IMG/VR virus record: IMGVR_UViG_2721755777_000003
Coordinates: 62,001-126,000 of that record
Direction: 5' to 3' (one strand)
DNA from: an uncultured virus (IMG/VR IMGVR_UViG_2721755777_000003)
Taxonomy: Duplodnaviria; Heunggongvirae; Uroviricota; Caudoviricetes
DNA: 64,000 nucleotides
Of the stretch, positions 9,297-18,989 are shown piece after piece. Within the stretch, counting starts at the first letter, position 1. Each line of letters opens with the position of its first letter. Both the position numbers and the translations under genes were made by a program. The notes under the pieces are model-generated. The model was not told where the DNA came from, made no database searches, and saw only the letters and a list, made by a program, of their open reading frames with translations.

Positions 9297-9446
9297 TCAA
9301 TCTGACTCCTGAATGAGATCGCCGTTAAAAAAGATTAATAGATCTACCTGCCCCCCTCTGAGGTATGCGTCAAATTTAATTGTCTCGTCTTCAATCATTT
9401 CTCGGATACTCTCTTTGACAACTTGTTTTACTTGTTCTTCAGTCAA
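9297..9446 (-). CDS. 49-aa hypothetical protein
   Basis: Read manually (TTG start, GGAG RBS): MTEEQVKQVVKESIREMIEDETIKFDAYLRGGQVDLLIFFNGDLIQESD. Confidence 0.55.
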   Translation of the reverse strand: MTEEQVKQVVKESIREMIEDETIKFDAYLRGGQVDLLIFFNGDLIQESD

Positions 9447-9491
9447 TTTCTCCACTCTCCATTCTGTTTAAGTATTGTTTTATTTAAAATT

Positions 9492-10037
9492 TTAATTGGC
9501 AAGAATTCTAATATAAGACTTTGACTGGTTAGTCATCTTTTTAATATCCTTTCGCCATATCATGACTTTTTTTCTTTCAAAACTATTCAATTGTGAACCG
9601 TACTCTTTAAACATTTTCAATAAATTTTGATCTAGTGAATTTAACGTATGTACTAAGTCCTTGAAATTTTTTTGTTTAACTATACGGTTGCGCTTTCGAG
9701 CATAACTTGGCACTCTTTTCTTTGTTGGATCAACTGGAAAATAAGACCCTTCTAATACATCAAGTTCAGCGTGATAGTACCAAAATTCAGCATCCTTGTG
9801 AAATTGCTCTAGTTCGCTAATAATTCCCTTTTCAGACACCGTTAGTCCAGTTGAAAGTTCAACCTCTTTTATCAATTCCTCGTAATCCTGATATGTGATT
9901 TCCTGATCCAATTCTGAGAAACCAATTAAGTTAGATTTGAACTCATTGATTATTGTTCGGGCTTCTTCTAATTCATATTGCTTCAAGACGTTAATCATTA
10001 AATTTTTATAATAACTAAGGACTTGTTTTTTTAGCAT
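9492..10037 (-). CDS. Hypothetical protein
   Basis: ORF; start moved to the ATG after GGGGAG RBS. Confidence 0.7.
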   Translation of the reverse strand: MLKKQVLSYYKNLMINVLKQYELEEARTIINEFKSNLIGFSELDQEITYQDYEELIKEVELSTGLTVSEKGIISELEQFHKDAEFWYYHAELDVLEGSYFPVDPTKKRVPSYARKRNRIVKQKNFKDLVHTLNSLDQNLLKMFKEYGSQLNSFERKKVMIWRKDIKKMTNQSKSYIRILAN

Positions 10038-10194
10038 CTTTAATCTCCCCATTCTGTTTAAAATATGCATTTTATTTTATTTTTACCCTTAAAATATGTA
10101 TGCTCCGCTGTTGTTTTAACTTGATTTAAGTATATCATGACTATTTTAAATAATCAATACTTATTTTATTTTTATTCTTAAAGTGCGTATTTTG

Positions 10195-11796
10195 TTATGA
10201 TGTAAGCATGAGAAGCTTCGATGTATCCAGGATATAATAAGAAGCATTGTTTACCGTAGCACTGTAAGATTGCTCACCCTCAAAATCATTGATTACGTCT
10301 TTTTCTTCTGCCGTCATATCCTGATATTTTACCTTGCCGTATGAAGGAGGAAGCCAATTTTTCTTTTGGCTGCCAAAGATATTAAATTTCTTTAGAATTT
10401 CCATATCTTTAAACTCGATGTGACATGTTCCTTTTTTATAGAAAGTTACATAGAAGTACTTTAATTCTATTTTTTTCGTTTCACCGTAATGCTTAGCCAG
10501 TTTTAGAGATTCATCTATGTTTATGTCTTCTGTTAACCCATTGTCAAGGTAATTGAAAACTTTTTCGATATCTTTCAACTTTTCTAAGACCTTGTAGTCT
10601 GTTGGACTATAGTGACCGAGCCAACTACAATACCCGTTTAGTGGAATAATTATTTTTTTATTAATTTTATATGATTTATTTGTTTTCCATCCATTATATA
10701 AGTGCACATTTTTTGATGATTCATCATAGTAATGCTTGTGGCTAAATTCTTCAAAAAGATTAAGTATTGTATCTTCTACGCCCTGCGTCATCTCTTTGCT
10801 CATCTGAATTCTTAATGTATAGATATTGAACAAAGAAAAGTCATAATCTCTTAATTCCTCAACGTGCTGCAAGTACTTTTGTTTCAGGTTGCTTGTAAAG
10901 AGCCCCATAAACTGATCATTGTTAAATAACGTATTCCAATACTTCGCCCTAATTTGTTTTATATATGTATTCTCTATGTCATTTTCTTCGGTATTCTTAT
11001 CAATTTGTAGTTTCAATATTGGAGTACTGTCATCATTGAAACTATGCAGAATTAATGGTTTTAAACTGTTATATTCATTGATTAATTTTAAACCCGCTTT
11101 GATTTCATAATTGAACTGTTCTACAATCCCTTTTATAAAGTCTGCATTCACTAACTGTGTTGCTTTATAATCGGCACTAATTTTATGGGGCTCTTCTTTT
11201 TTCAATTCTTCTATTAGTACGCTGCTATATTCTTGTTTTTCAATGCTTATGTATATTAGCGCCGTTTCAACTTCTGTGCTTCGCTCTGAGTTCGAAAAAG
11301 CGTTTTGAATGTATTCAACTTCTGCATTTATTTCCTCTAGCTTTCGTATAAGAAATTTTCTGTCATTTGAATACGGATTTTTTAATGTTTTGGCATTTAG
11401 TACGCAAACAATTTGGCCGGATCTTTGTTGCTTTTCAATTAATTCAATTGCCTTTAATAAATGTTTAACACCACTGCTAAAAGGTGGATTCATAAAAATC
11501 AAATCATACTTCTTGTAAGTGTTAAACGTCAGAAAATCATCTGCAATCACTCTGTAATCTTTGCCTTTAAGTATGTGTCGTAAGTTTTCATCTTGTTCAA
11601 TTGCATCAATGTCATATTTCGAATTCCTTCTATAGTTGCTGGTGTTTTTAAATTGATTGTGAATAGCTTCTACTAAGTTTCCTTTACCTGCTGACGGCTC
11701 CAAAACGGAGTTAATGTACTTCCATTCTACTTTAGATGTCATTTTTCGGATTAACTGTGGTGGTGTCGGATAAAAATCCGGATTATCTTTAAACAT
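10195..11796 (-). CDS. SAM-dependent DNA adenine methyltransferase, probably DUF4942-type
   Basis: FYPTP, VLEPSAGKG (motif I), MNPPF (motif IV); C-terminal WKTN..YKINKKII and FYKKGTCHI motifs. Confidence 0.85.
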   Translation of the reverse strand: MFKDNPDFYPTPPQLIRKMTSKVEWKYINSVLEPSAGKGNLVEAIHNQFKNTSNYRRNSKYDIDAIEQDENLRHILKGKDYRVIADDFLTFNTYKKYDLIFMNPPFSSGVKHLLKAIELIEKQQRSGQIVCVLNAKTLKNPYSNDRKFLIRKLEEINAEVEYIQNAFSNSERSTEVETALIYISIEKQEYSSVLIEELKKEEPHKISADYKATQLVNADFIKGIVEQFNYEIKAGLKLINEYNSLKPLILHSFNDDSTPILKLQIDKNTEENDIENTYIKQIRAKYWNTLFNNDQFMGLFTSNLKQKYLQHVEELRDYDFSLFNIYTLRIQMSKEMTQGVEDTILNLFEEFSHKHYYDESSKNVHLYNGWKTNKSYKINKKIIIPLNGYCSWLGHYSPTDYKVLEKLKDIEKVFNYLDNGLTEDINIDESLKLAKHYGETKKIELKYFYVTFYKKGTCHIEFKDMEILKKFNIFGSQKKNWLPPSYGKVKYQDMTAEEKDVINDFEGEQSYSATVNNASYYILDTSKLLMLTS

Positions 11797-11849
11797 TTTA
11801 AACTCCCCTTCTTTTTAGGGAATGAGATGTTTTCCCATCCCCTCTTATT

Positions 11850-13721
11850 TTATAAACTAGGTTTATATGTGTTGATTAGAGGCTTGAAGCTTTTATTATT
11901 TAAGTAATTTAGAACCTCGTCAAATTGTCTTTTGTCACACGAGTAGTACTTACTGTGAATTATTTTAGTCCCATCTGGTTTAACCTCTACATTATTCAAC
12001 ACAGTTTCGGGCAGCGAGTGCCATCCTTTGAACATCAATAATTCTGAATAGAAGTGTCGGTAATATAAATTTCTTTTATTTTCAGGCTTGTATGTCAACT
12101 TCACTGCATTATCATATTGAGCATATTTAGTTGACTGGCAACTGTCATACGTTATTCTTTCAGTAATTAAAGATCCAAGATCAGATATGTAAAACAGAGT
12201 ATATTTTTCACCTTTTTCAAGATCAGCATATTTAAATTGTTCTTGAATGCTGTCAACTTCATGGAGAATTCTGTATAACGAAATTTTCAATTCTTCTATA
12301 TCTACTTGTTGGATAATTTTTTTCTTCAACTTCAAACTTTTAAACTTCAACTTTTCTTTAAATAAAGATTTATATTTGTTCCAGTCTTCCTTTTTCCAGG
12401 TCTTATGTATATTTAATTCTTCAATTACCGAAGTTGAAATATCTTCCAACACATCTGCTTGATATTTTAACTCCTCTAATTCTCCTTCTTTTAACGCTTG
12501 CTTATGAGAAATTGACTTTTCAGTTTTTGCATTGTCCACTAAACCAACATACCTTGCATAAGAATAGCCTTGAGCATCTACAATAAATTGCAATTTCCCA
12601 CCGTAGTACACACCTACGCCATATAAATTCCATTTAACTGTGTTCTTTTCTAAATCGTCCATATTGTAATAATCAATCATTGAGTTGATCCTGTTGTCTT
12701 CCGTAAAACTTCCACCGGTTTCCGCAAGAAAATCAAAATCATTTAAAAGCAAGTTAGAAAAGTTGTTTAAAGCTTCTTCAGTATTGAAATGCACTTCTTT
12801 TGTAATTTTCACATTTTCAAGTCTGTAGTCACCTTTAGCAACCTCGTCTTTGTATTGATCAAGTGTTTGATTTTTGTTTAAGTTGGCAAACTGTGCATCA
12901 ATAACAAAATACTCTTGATCTTCATTCAGTTGTTTTACTACAATGCTGCTATAGATATTTTCGGCTTGTTTCTTTTCTTCTTCTTGCCGTCTCTTATATT
13001 CAGCATTTTTAAGCTCTTGCTCTTTTAAATACTCATTAAGTTCTTTTTCTTTTCTCGCTTTCTCGGCTTCTTCGAATTCTTCCATCTTTGAATCAAACAG
13101 TGCCATATCTTCTTTAATTTCTTCTGTTTGTTCTGTCACTGTGTATTCCCAGTCCAATGAAACTCGACCATAAAAGTTGTAACTACCTGCGTAATCAGTG
13201 TATGGATCTGCTGGGCTGTAGCAATGGCGATAATTGTTTAAAAGACTGTTGCAATAACCATAAATCGCAGTCAAATAAGCTGACCCTTTTTCATATGGAC
13301 TTGATTTGATTGTGATGTTAATAGTGCTATGTAAATAGCTTCCCCCAGTAGTAACAGAGAATTTGCATTGTGGGAAACGTTGTCTTATATGCTTTCTTAT
13401 TTCCTTTGCCATTTCTTTTACTTCTTGTTCCTTATTTACTTCTACTTCACTCCATTGTGTTGCATCCCACAGACCCATTTTTACACCCTTAGCTTTCTTT
13501 TTAGTTTTAGTGATTGTTTTAGAAGATGAGACTTCTTGTTTAGTGACACCATTAGCGACCTGCATTGATTTTTCTGTCCGTTTGCTCCACCAACATTTTT
13601 TGAATCCAGAGTATCGAAAACCGTTTGATTTAAGATGAGTTAAAACCTCTTGTTCTGGTTTACTATCAAAATAAAGTTCAATTCCGTTTAACTCTTCGTT
13701 AATTCTTAAAACAGCTGTCAT
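11850..13721 (-). CDS. Large early protein with a large-polyvalent-protein (LPD29-like) domain
   Basis: AKEIRKHIRQRFPQCKFSV motif; N-terminal GIELYFDSKP..LKSNGFRYS..WW module; co-transcribed with the MTase. Confidence 0.6.
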   Translation of the reverse strand: MTAVLRINEELNGIELYFDSKPEQEVLTHLKSNGFRYSGFKKCWWSKRTEKSMQVANGVTKQEVSSSKTITKTKKKAKGVKMGLWDATQWSEVEVNKEQEVKEMAKEIRKHIRQRFPQCKFSVTTGGSYLHSTINITIKSSPYEKGSAYLTAIYGYCNSLLNNYRHCYSPADPYTDYAGSYNFYGRVSLDWEYTVTEQTEEIKEDMALFDSKMEEFEEAEKARKEKELNEYLKEQELKNAEYKRRQEEEKKQAENIYSSIVVKQLNEDQEYFVIDAQFANLNKNQTLDQYKDEVAKGDYRLENVKITKEVHFNTEEALNNFSNLLLNDFDFLAETGGSFTEDNRINSMIDYYNMDDLEKNTVKWNLYGVGVYYGGKLQFIVDAQGYSYARYVGLVDNAKTEKSISHKQALKEGELEELKYQADVLEDISTSVIEELNIHKTWKKEDWNKYKSLFKEKLKFKSLKLKKKIIQQVDIEELKISLYRILHEVDSIQEQFKYADLEKGEKYTLFYISDLGSLITERITYDSCQSTKYAQYDNAVKLTYKPENKRNLYYRHFYSELLMFKGWHSLPETVLNNVEVKPDGTKIIHSKYYSCDKRQFDEVLNYLNNKSFKPLINTYKPSL

Positions 13722-13792
13722 TTTCAACCTCTCCATTCTTTATCACAATTTTATTTTTACTCTAAATGTATGTAATTCTTTGACTTGATTTA

Positions 13793-13842
13793 ATTTTAAC
13801 ATGATCACTTTAAATATTCAATAGTTATTTTATTTTTATTCT
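13793..13842 (-). promoter_or_regulatory. sigmaA promoter with SPbRE and a YopB-type half-site
   Basis: AGAATAAAAATAAAAT-5nt-TTGAAT-17nt-(TG)TAAAAT; second SPbRE at 13748-13763. Confidence 0.7.
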
Positions 13843-14031
13843 AAAAAAGAAAAACATATTATCGAGGTTCAGCTTGCTGAAACGAGACGGCCGTAAAGGC
13901 ACTTTCTTTACGGACGAATTTATTATTTTTTATTTAATTATTACCCCTCTTCCCCTTTAAGGGACACACCCCTCAAACCCTTGGGACAGTTGACTTTTTT
14001 TTATGATTTATTGCTTTATTTGCAATAAGGG

Positions 14032-15264
14032 TTATAAATCATTATTTAACCAATCAATAAACATTAACCTCATTCTTCTTGATGGAATGTAAATTGAAAT
14101 CGAATCATTATTTCTTATGCTGCTTCTCCATATCCATTGAATCATTTCTGAAAGGGCAAAATAAGTCTCATCAACTTTAACACCCTTAGAGCTAAAATAT
14201 TCAACTAATAATGGATTACAATAACGGTTAATAGCATAAACCAGTGTATTTTTATGACTATGTTCATTTGTAGACCGGATATTACATGGTATGAACCCCT
14301 TAGTATATCCCTTGCCTGAAAGCCTTGGTTTATAATCAATAAACGTTGTCCACATATTAAAGTTTGATTTAGACTTACATATGTTCTGAAAGTAATTCAG
14401 GATATTATTCTGCAGTCGTTTATGTAAAACCCTCTTATTTCTGTACCATCCTTTTGATAAGGAGTACTGTTCTTCACCGATTTTATTAAGATCACCATCA
14501 TATATATTTATATTGATTTTAATTTTATTCTTGATATGCTTGTCTGCTGCTGAATCATAAGGCACACACTTATATTTTCCCTTATCTTTTTTAATCATAT
14601 ATTTCTCATATGAAATATTGTTTAAATCATAATAATACTTCTGTAACTGTCCATCGAACAGATAAGTTAAGTTGTATACCTCTTTAAACAATTTGAATAT
14701 GTCAGCAGGAAAGTTCCAGAGTATGACTGAATCATTATGTAATATTAAATTGTTATTTAATGCAAGCTGTTTCAAGTGTTTAAACTCTCCATCATATTCC
14801 CTTTGCATATTCTTTTCTTGTTCCATGTTCCAGATTATTCGGTCGTCTTTATTAATTATCCAGTTATTTTTAAATAACATATCCAGGTCATCTGCAGATA
14901 TGTTTAACTGCTTTACAACCTCTATTGCTTCATCCAGTATCAAAGTATAATTACCTGAATAGATGAGTTCTTTTGTTGTCTCATTTGCCATCTTAAAGAG
15001 TGCGTGTGTAGTTGCTATATTCTTATTATCTGAAAGGTGCTTATGTAATGAATCCAGTTTATAAAATGTTTCTCCGTTTACGCTGTGTATCTTAGGTTCA
15101 ATAAACTTCTTTTCTGGACACGCTTCCTTGATCCTCTTTACCTCATCAAGATAAGGTGTAATAAAAATAAACTTATCATCTGTAGGTGCTTCATTCATCC
15201 TTTGAATCATATAGCTTGTCTTACCTGATCCCATTATAGAATCAATTATTTTAATTTTATTCAT
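14032..15264 (-). CDS. yonV: YonV-like P-loop (helicase-like) protein
   Basis: 410 aa; Walker A GSGKT, LILDE, QWIWRSSIR; position downstream of yonT-yoyJ-yonU. Confidence 0.75.
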   Translation of the reverse strand: MNKIKIIDSIMGSGKTSYMIQRMNEAPTDDKFIFITPYLDEVKRIKEACPEKKFIEPKIHSVNGETFYKLDSLHKHLSDNKNIATTHALFKMANETTKELIYSGNYTLILDEAIEVVKQLNISADDLDMLFKNNWIINKDDRIIWNMEQEKNMQREYDGEFKHLKQLALNNNLILHNDSVILWNFPADIFKLFKEVYNLTYLFDGQLQKYYYDLNNISYEKYMIKKDKGKYKCVPYDSAADKHIKNKIKININIYDGDLNKIGEEQYSLSKGWYRNKRVLHKRLQNNILNYFQNICKSKSNFNMWTTFIDYKPRLSGKGYTKGFIPCNIRSTNEHSHKNTLVYAINRYCNPLLVEYFSSKGVKVDETYFALSEMIQWIWRSSIRNNDSISIYIPSRRMRLMFIDWLNNDL

Positions 15265-15343
15265 AATGTATACAGACTTCCCCTTTAATATTAAAAATAA
15301 AGGAACGGATAAATGTTTTACCGCTCCTTCTCATATATGAAAT

Positions 15344-15583
15344 TCAATTATTGATTCTTTCTTCAAGACCATGAATACGTCTTTCAAGACCAGAGAATTT
15401 CTTATCATTGTATCGGTGATCACTTTCAATATTCTTGTTAATAATCTTAAGCATGGATACAACCTCTTCAGGTTCATTTTCTTCGATCCGTTTAACCGTT
15501 TCTTTAATATCCTTAACGTCCTGCTTAATTGTGTTAATATCCTTGGAAAGTTGCTGTATCGCTTCAAGGATCTGATTTCCCAT
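15344..15583 (-). CDS. yonU: YonU-like coiled-coil protein
   Basis: ILEAIQQLSKDI..IKQDVKDIKE; third gene of the yonT operon. Confidence 0.55.
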   Translation of the reverse strand: MGNQILEAIQQLSKDINTIKQDVKDIKETVKRIEENEPEEVVSMLKIINKNIESDHRYNDKKFSGLERRIHGLEERINN

Positions 15584-15619
15584 TCCGCTCACCTCTATTA
15601 AGCTTAGTATAGCATGATG

Positions 15620-15838
15620 TCAGTTAGATTTGTTTACCTTCTTTTGGCGTATAACAAAGTAAGCGATCCATAACAAAATGATAATGATACACGTTACTAT
15701 GAAGATAGCCGTAATAAGCGACTGTATTCCGCTACTGAAGTAATCTTTGATGAAGAGGAACAATAAGAATAAAACAATAAATGTTATGTTCGTAAACCAT
15801 AATGAAATTCGTTTCATGTTTACAATGTGCTTGTCCAT
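15620..15838 (-). CDS. yoyJ: YoyJ-like small membrane protein
   Basis: Two TM segments, basic tail, directly after yonT. Confidence 0.6.
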   Translation of the reverse strand: MDKHIVNMKRISLWFTNITFIVLFLLFLFIKDYFSSGIQSLITAIFIVTCIIIILLWIAYFVIRQKKVNKSN

Positions 15839-15852
15839 GTTATAATATGGGT

Positions 15853-15950
15853 AGTGACTAAAGGGGAATTAATCCCCTTTAGCGTGTTATCTGCGTATAC
15901 GTTTGCGTTGTCTCTTGCTACGGAGGCGCTTGCGTGTACGCTTTTTCTTT
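15853..15950 (+). ncRNA. Probable SR6-type antisense antitoxin RNA (ends approximate)
   Basis: TTTACA..TGtTATAAT promoter (15819-15846) pointing antisense into the yonT 3' end; hairpin CTAAAGGGGA/TCCCCTTTAG. Confidence 0.6.
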
Positions 15951-16066
15951 TTGCTTTTTTTATTCTTCATCAGGTTTTGAATCTTCTCAGCTATCGTTAA
16001 ACAGTTGATGATTAAAACCGTGATAGGAATAAGGAAAGCAATTGTTATACCCACTTTCTCAAGCAC
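15887..16066 (-). CDS. yonT: YonT type I toxin, 59 aa
   Basis: GTG start after AGGAGGTG; one TM helix and a very basic tail KKKKRTRKRLRSKRQRKRIRR. Confidence 0.9.
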   Translation of the reverse strand: MLEKVGITIAFLIPITVLIINCLTIAEKIQNLMKNKKSKKKKRTRKRLRSKRQRKRIRR

Positions 16067-17021
16067 TATGTACACCTCCTTTCCTATAACTCTATTATAG
16101 CACATTTTCCCTTCAAAGTCATTTTATTTTTACTCTAAAAATGGATTTTTTTAAATTATTTTGGCACTATTATTCATGTGTGTATAGGCTGTATGAGGCG
16201 TGTATGTGGATTGGATACCAATGATACTATGATCAAATTAAAATTGATTCTAGGTGTATTATAAGGCTTCTAATGATGTGTGATTAGTGTGTATAGGATG
16301 GATATATAATGTATGGTGAAGGAAACGGATAGAGATGATTAGGCAAGATGAGGATATGTAATGGTGGATGTAACGAGATGAAGGAATATGATTAGAGTGA
16401 ATATAAAATAGGTGTGTGGATTAGATGAGTAAATTGTATAGATAAAAAATAAGACTTCGATTTGCTTCCTTTCGTTATATACACGATTATTTTTAATGAA
16501 TGGGTATTCACTTTTAAGTTGACCGCTTAATTATTTTTTCAAAAATAAATATTGTTTTTCATTTGAAATTGTGTTAGCTGTGCAAATTTATCAGTTAAAT
16601 CATAAAAACCCTACATAACGTATCTTATATAGGGAATTCATTACCATTATATAGGGGGTATAATAACATCTAAAGGCAAAAAAACAGGAACAAACGTACC
16701 CCTAGCACTTCCATTTCCACACCCAACTTATTTTTCCACTTTCCCATTTTTCAGCCTATTTTCGCATCGTAATCGCTATCGTAAAAGCCTATAGTATCAA
16801 TGTTTTTCCACCCCTTATTCTCCCCTTTTTCATCAGATTTTTAACTCAACGACCACTTTTCCTCTCTCCTGCCTACGTTTTACGATCACAAAACACCTAT
16901 TATCCCCTTTGACAGCTCTAAAACATTGCTATATCAACTAAATAACCCTTTCCGACCTTCATTTACGATAAGCACTTTTTTTAGCTCACGATCACCCAAG
17001 GGGGGTCATTAAAAATCAAAA

Positions 17022-17050
17022 TAAAAAAGCCACCTTAATTGGCAGCTTTC
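17022..17050 (-). terminator. Terminator after the tubulin gene
   Basis: Hairpin AAAGCTGCCAA..GGTGGCTTTTTT on the minus strand. Confidence 0.65.
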
Positions 17051-17058
17051 CTTTAAAA

Positions 17059-18171
17059 TTAGCGCTTTAGTCTCTTCAGCGCCTCCATATACGAGGTCTT
17101 TTTCGATTCCTTGTTCTCCAGTTTCTTCGGTTTAAATAAATCCTCTCTACGGCGATTCTTCGCTTTATAAACAGTTGTTTCTTTAACTTCAGTGTTCCCA
17201 TTTTCAATTAAATCATCTAACTGCTTCATTCGCTCATTGATCCAGGTTAATCCACTAAGAATCGTTATCACCCTATTACCTTTATCATAATGCCCTTTAA
17301 ATAAGTCTAGGGGCATCTTGTTATCAAAGACATTAAACAGCTCATTATACGATATATGCTCCGTTAAGAACTCATGAACATCCAGAATGACTCCAGCTCT
17401 CATCACATTTGTAAACTCAACAGGAGTGAAAATCGAATTGTTCCACGACTTTTGTATATCTTCATGCAGCTTATCAAAATACTTACCCTCATTTGTAAAT
17501 TCATTGAGGTCTGTTTGAGCAATAGTCATGATTCCTGGTGTGTCAAAAAGCTGATTTAAATCCTTCCTGTCTAATGTGCTGATCTTTGATCCTCTGTCCG
17601 TGTAATTGAGTAAGACTTCGATTAAATCAAGGAACATCTTGTTTGTCTCCTTGTATAGTCTGCTTTCAGAAATCTTCCCTTCATATTTGCTCAAAACCAT
17701 TTGATTATCCAAAGGTAAGACACAGGTCTCTGGCATAGATAAGTCATCAAGTAACTCCAGTGTATTCATCTGGTTAACCAATACCTCGTTATTGTCAGGA
17801 AGGATTGGTACAGCAACTATTGTTTTATGTGTAAGACATTCGTTTAACAATTCTAATAATATAGGGGCTACTCCTGAACCGGTTCCACCAGCTGCAGAGA
17901 AAACTACGAAAATAACTTGAACTGAAGGCTTTTCCATTGTGTTCTTTATAAACTCAATAGAGGACTCCCAGTTATTTTTCATATGTTTCGCTGCTACGCT
18001 TCTGTCTTTACCTACTCCTTCTGTCCCTACCAGATGAAGCTTATCTTGAATATTGATTAATGAATTAAGGTCTGAAAGTGAATAATTTATTGCAACAGAA
18101 TGAAATCCTCTCTTCATTGCTTCATCCGCTATACTTCCACCGGCCTGACCAACTCCAATAAATCCAAACAT
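17059..18171 (-). CDS. Tubulin/FtsZ-superfamily GTPase, TubZ-like
   Basis: GVGQAGG (T1), GVGKD, AAGGTGSG signature (T4), LDN, LDRKDL (T7-like); basic C-terminal tail. Confidence 0.9.
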   Translation of the reverse strand: MFGFIGVGQAGGSIADEAMKRGFHSVAINYSLSDLNSLINIQDKLHLVGTEGVGKDRSVAAKHMKNNWESSIEFIKNTMEKPSVQVIFVVFSAAGGTGSGVAPILLELLNECLTHKTIVAVPILPDNNEVLVNQMNTLELLDDLSMPETCVLPLDNQMVLSKYEGKISESRLYKETNKMFLDLIEVLLNYTDRGSKISTLDRKDLNQLFDTPGIMTIAQTDLNEFTNEGKYFDKLHEDIQKSWNNSIFTPVEFTNVMRAGVILDVHEFLTEHISYNELFNVFDNKMPLDLFKGHYDKGNRVITILSGLTWINERMKQLDDLIENGNTEVKETTVYKAKNRRREDLFKPKKLENKESKKTSYMEALKRLKR

Positions 18172-18455
18172 TAAACCCTCTCCCCTTCTAATTGATATCT
18201 CAAAGCTTCTTGACCATATTGAGTAATAAAAATTGTATGCTCTTTACTGTTTTTCACTATATTAATAAATTGCAAGGCCTCCAGCCGATCGATGCTCTTT
18301 CTAAAGGTAGCATCAGTTAACTGAGTTTTTGCTTGAATGGTTTTCTTCCTAATTGATTTAAACTTTAAATCAGCCCCTTCATCACTCAATAAGCCTAGAA
18401 TATACAGATCATTTCGAGTTAAGTTGTCAATTACAGAATCAAAATAAGTATCCAT
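18171..18455 (-). CDS. Small winged-helix DNA-binding protein, TubR-like adaptor
   Basis: 94 aa from the ATG after AAGGAGGGG; wHTH pattern (TIQAKTQLTDATFRKSIDRLEALQFI..ITQYG); TAATG overlap with the tubulin gene. Confidence 0.7.
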   Translation of the reverse strand: MDTYFDSVIDNLTRNDLYILGLLSDEGADLKFKSIRKKTIQAKTQLTDATFRKSIDRLEALQFINIVKNSKEHTIFITQYGQEALRYQLEGERV

Positions 18456-18521
18456 GTAACCCCTCCTTAATATCTGATGATTTTGAAGTATCTTGGTTGA
18501 TATACGATTATTATATTGTCT

Positions 18522-18565
18522 ATTTGTATTTAAATGCAAATATTTTTGTATCTTAATGCAAATAA
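18522..18565. repeat. Tandem pair of ~20-bp imperfect palindromes between divergent genes
   Basis: ATTTGTATTTAAATGCAAAT and TTTGTATCTTAATGCAAAT. Confidence 0.65.
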
Positions 18566-18633
18566 TTATACTCTGCTTGTATGTAAACCAGTCATTTTAT
18601 AAAATTTATTCAAACAGCAAAAGGATGATTTAA

Positions 18634-18870
18634 ATGGAATATAGGGTTAAAAGTAAGTTGGATTCATTTTTAAGCAGCAAAGGTATCGAAAAAGGCTGGT
18701 TAGCAGAGCAAATAAAAGCTGAAAGAGCAAGTATATCTAGATGGTGTAAAAATGACAGCGAGGGATTTGCAACCGTCCTCCCTAGTACATACAATCTTTT
18801 ATTGATGGCACATGTTCTAAATTGTAAAGTTGACGATCTTTTTGAATTAATCGAAATTAAATCCAATTAA
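18634..18870 (+). CDS. XRE-family HTH regulator
   Basis: WLAEQIKAERASISRWC..LLLMAHVLNCKVDDLF. Confidence 0.85.
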   Translation: MEYRVKSKLDSFLSSKGIEKGWLAEQIKAERASISRWCKNDSEGFATVLPSTYNLLLMAHVLNCKVDDLFELIEIKSN

Positions 18871-18885
18871 CTTTGGATTTTTATG

Positions 18886-18914
18886 TTTACAAGAGTAAAA
18901 ATAAAATATATAAT
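18886..18914 (+). promoter_or_regulatory. sigmaA promoter of the yonO operon with SPbRE filling the spacer
   Basis: TTTACA-AGAGTAAAAATAAAATA(17)-TATAAT; further SPbRE copies at 18958 and 19178. Confidence 0.8.
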
Positions 18915-18989
18915 AAAGACACAACCACATGAAGTGGTCTTTATTTTAATCATTTTTAGAGTAAAAATAAAATAGTATGGAGGTGTAAG

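Noticed and set aside
17059..18171. Host cell-division ftsZ
   Set aside because: Divergent sequence, no dcw cluster, and coupling to a small wHTH gene in a phage context
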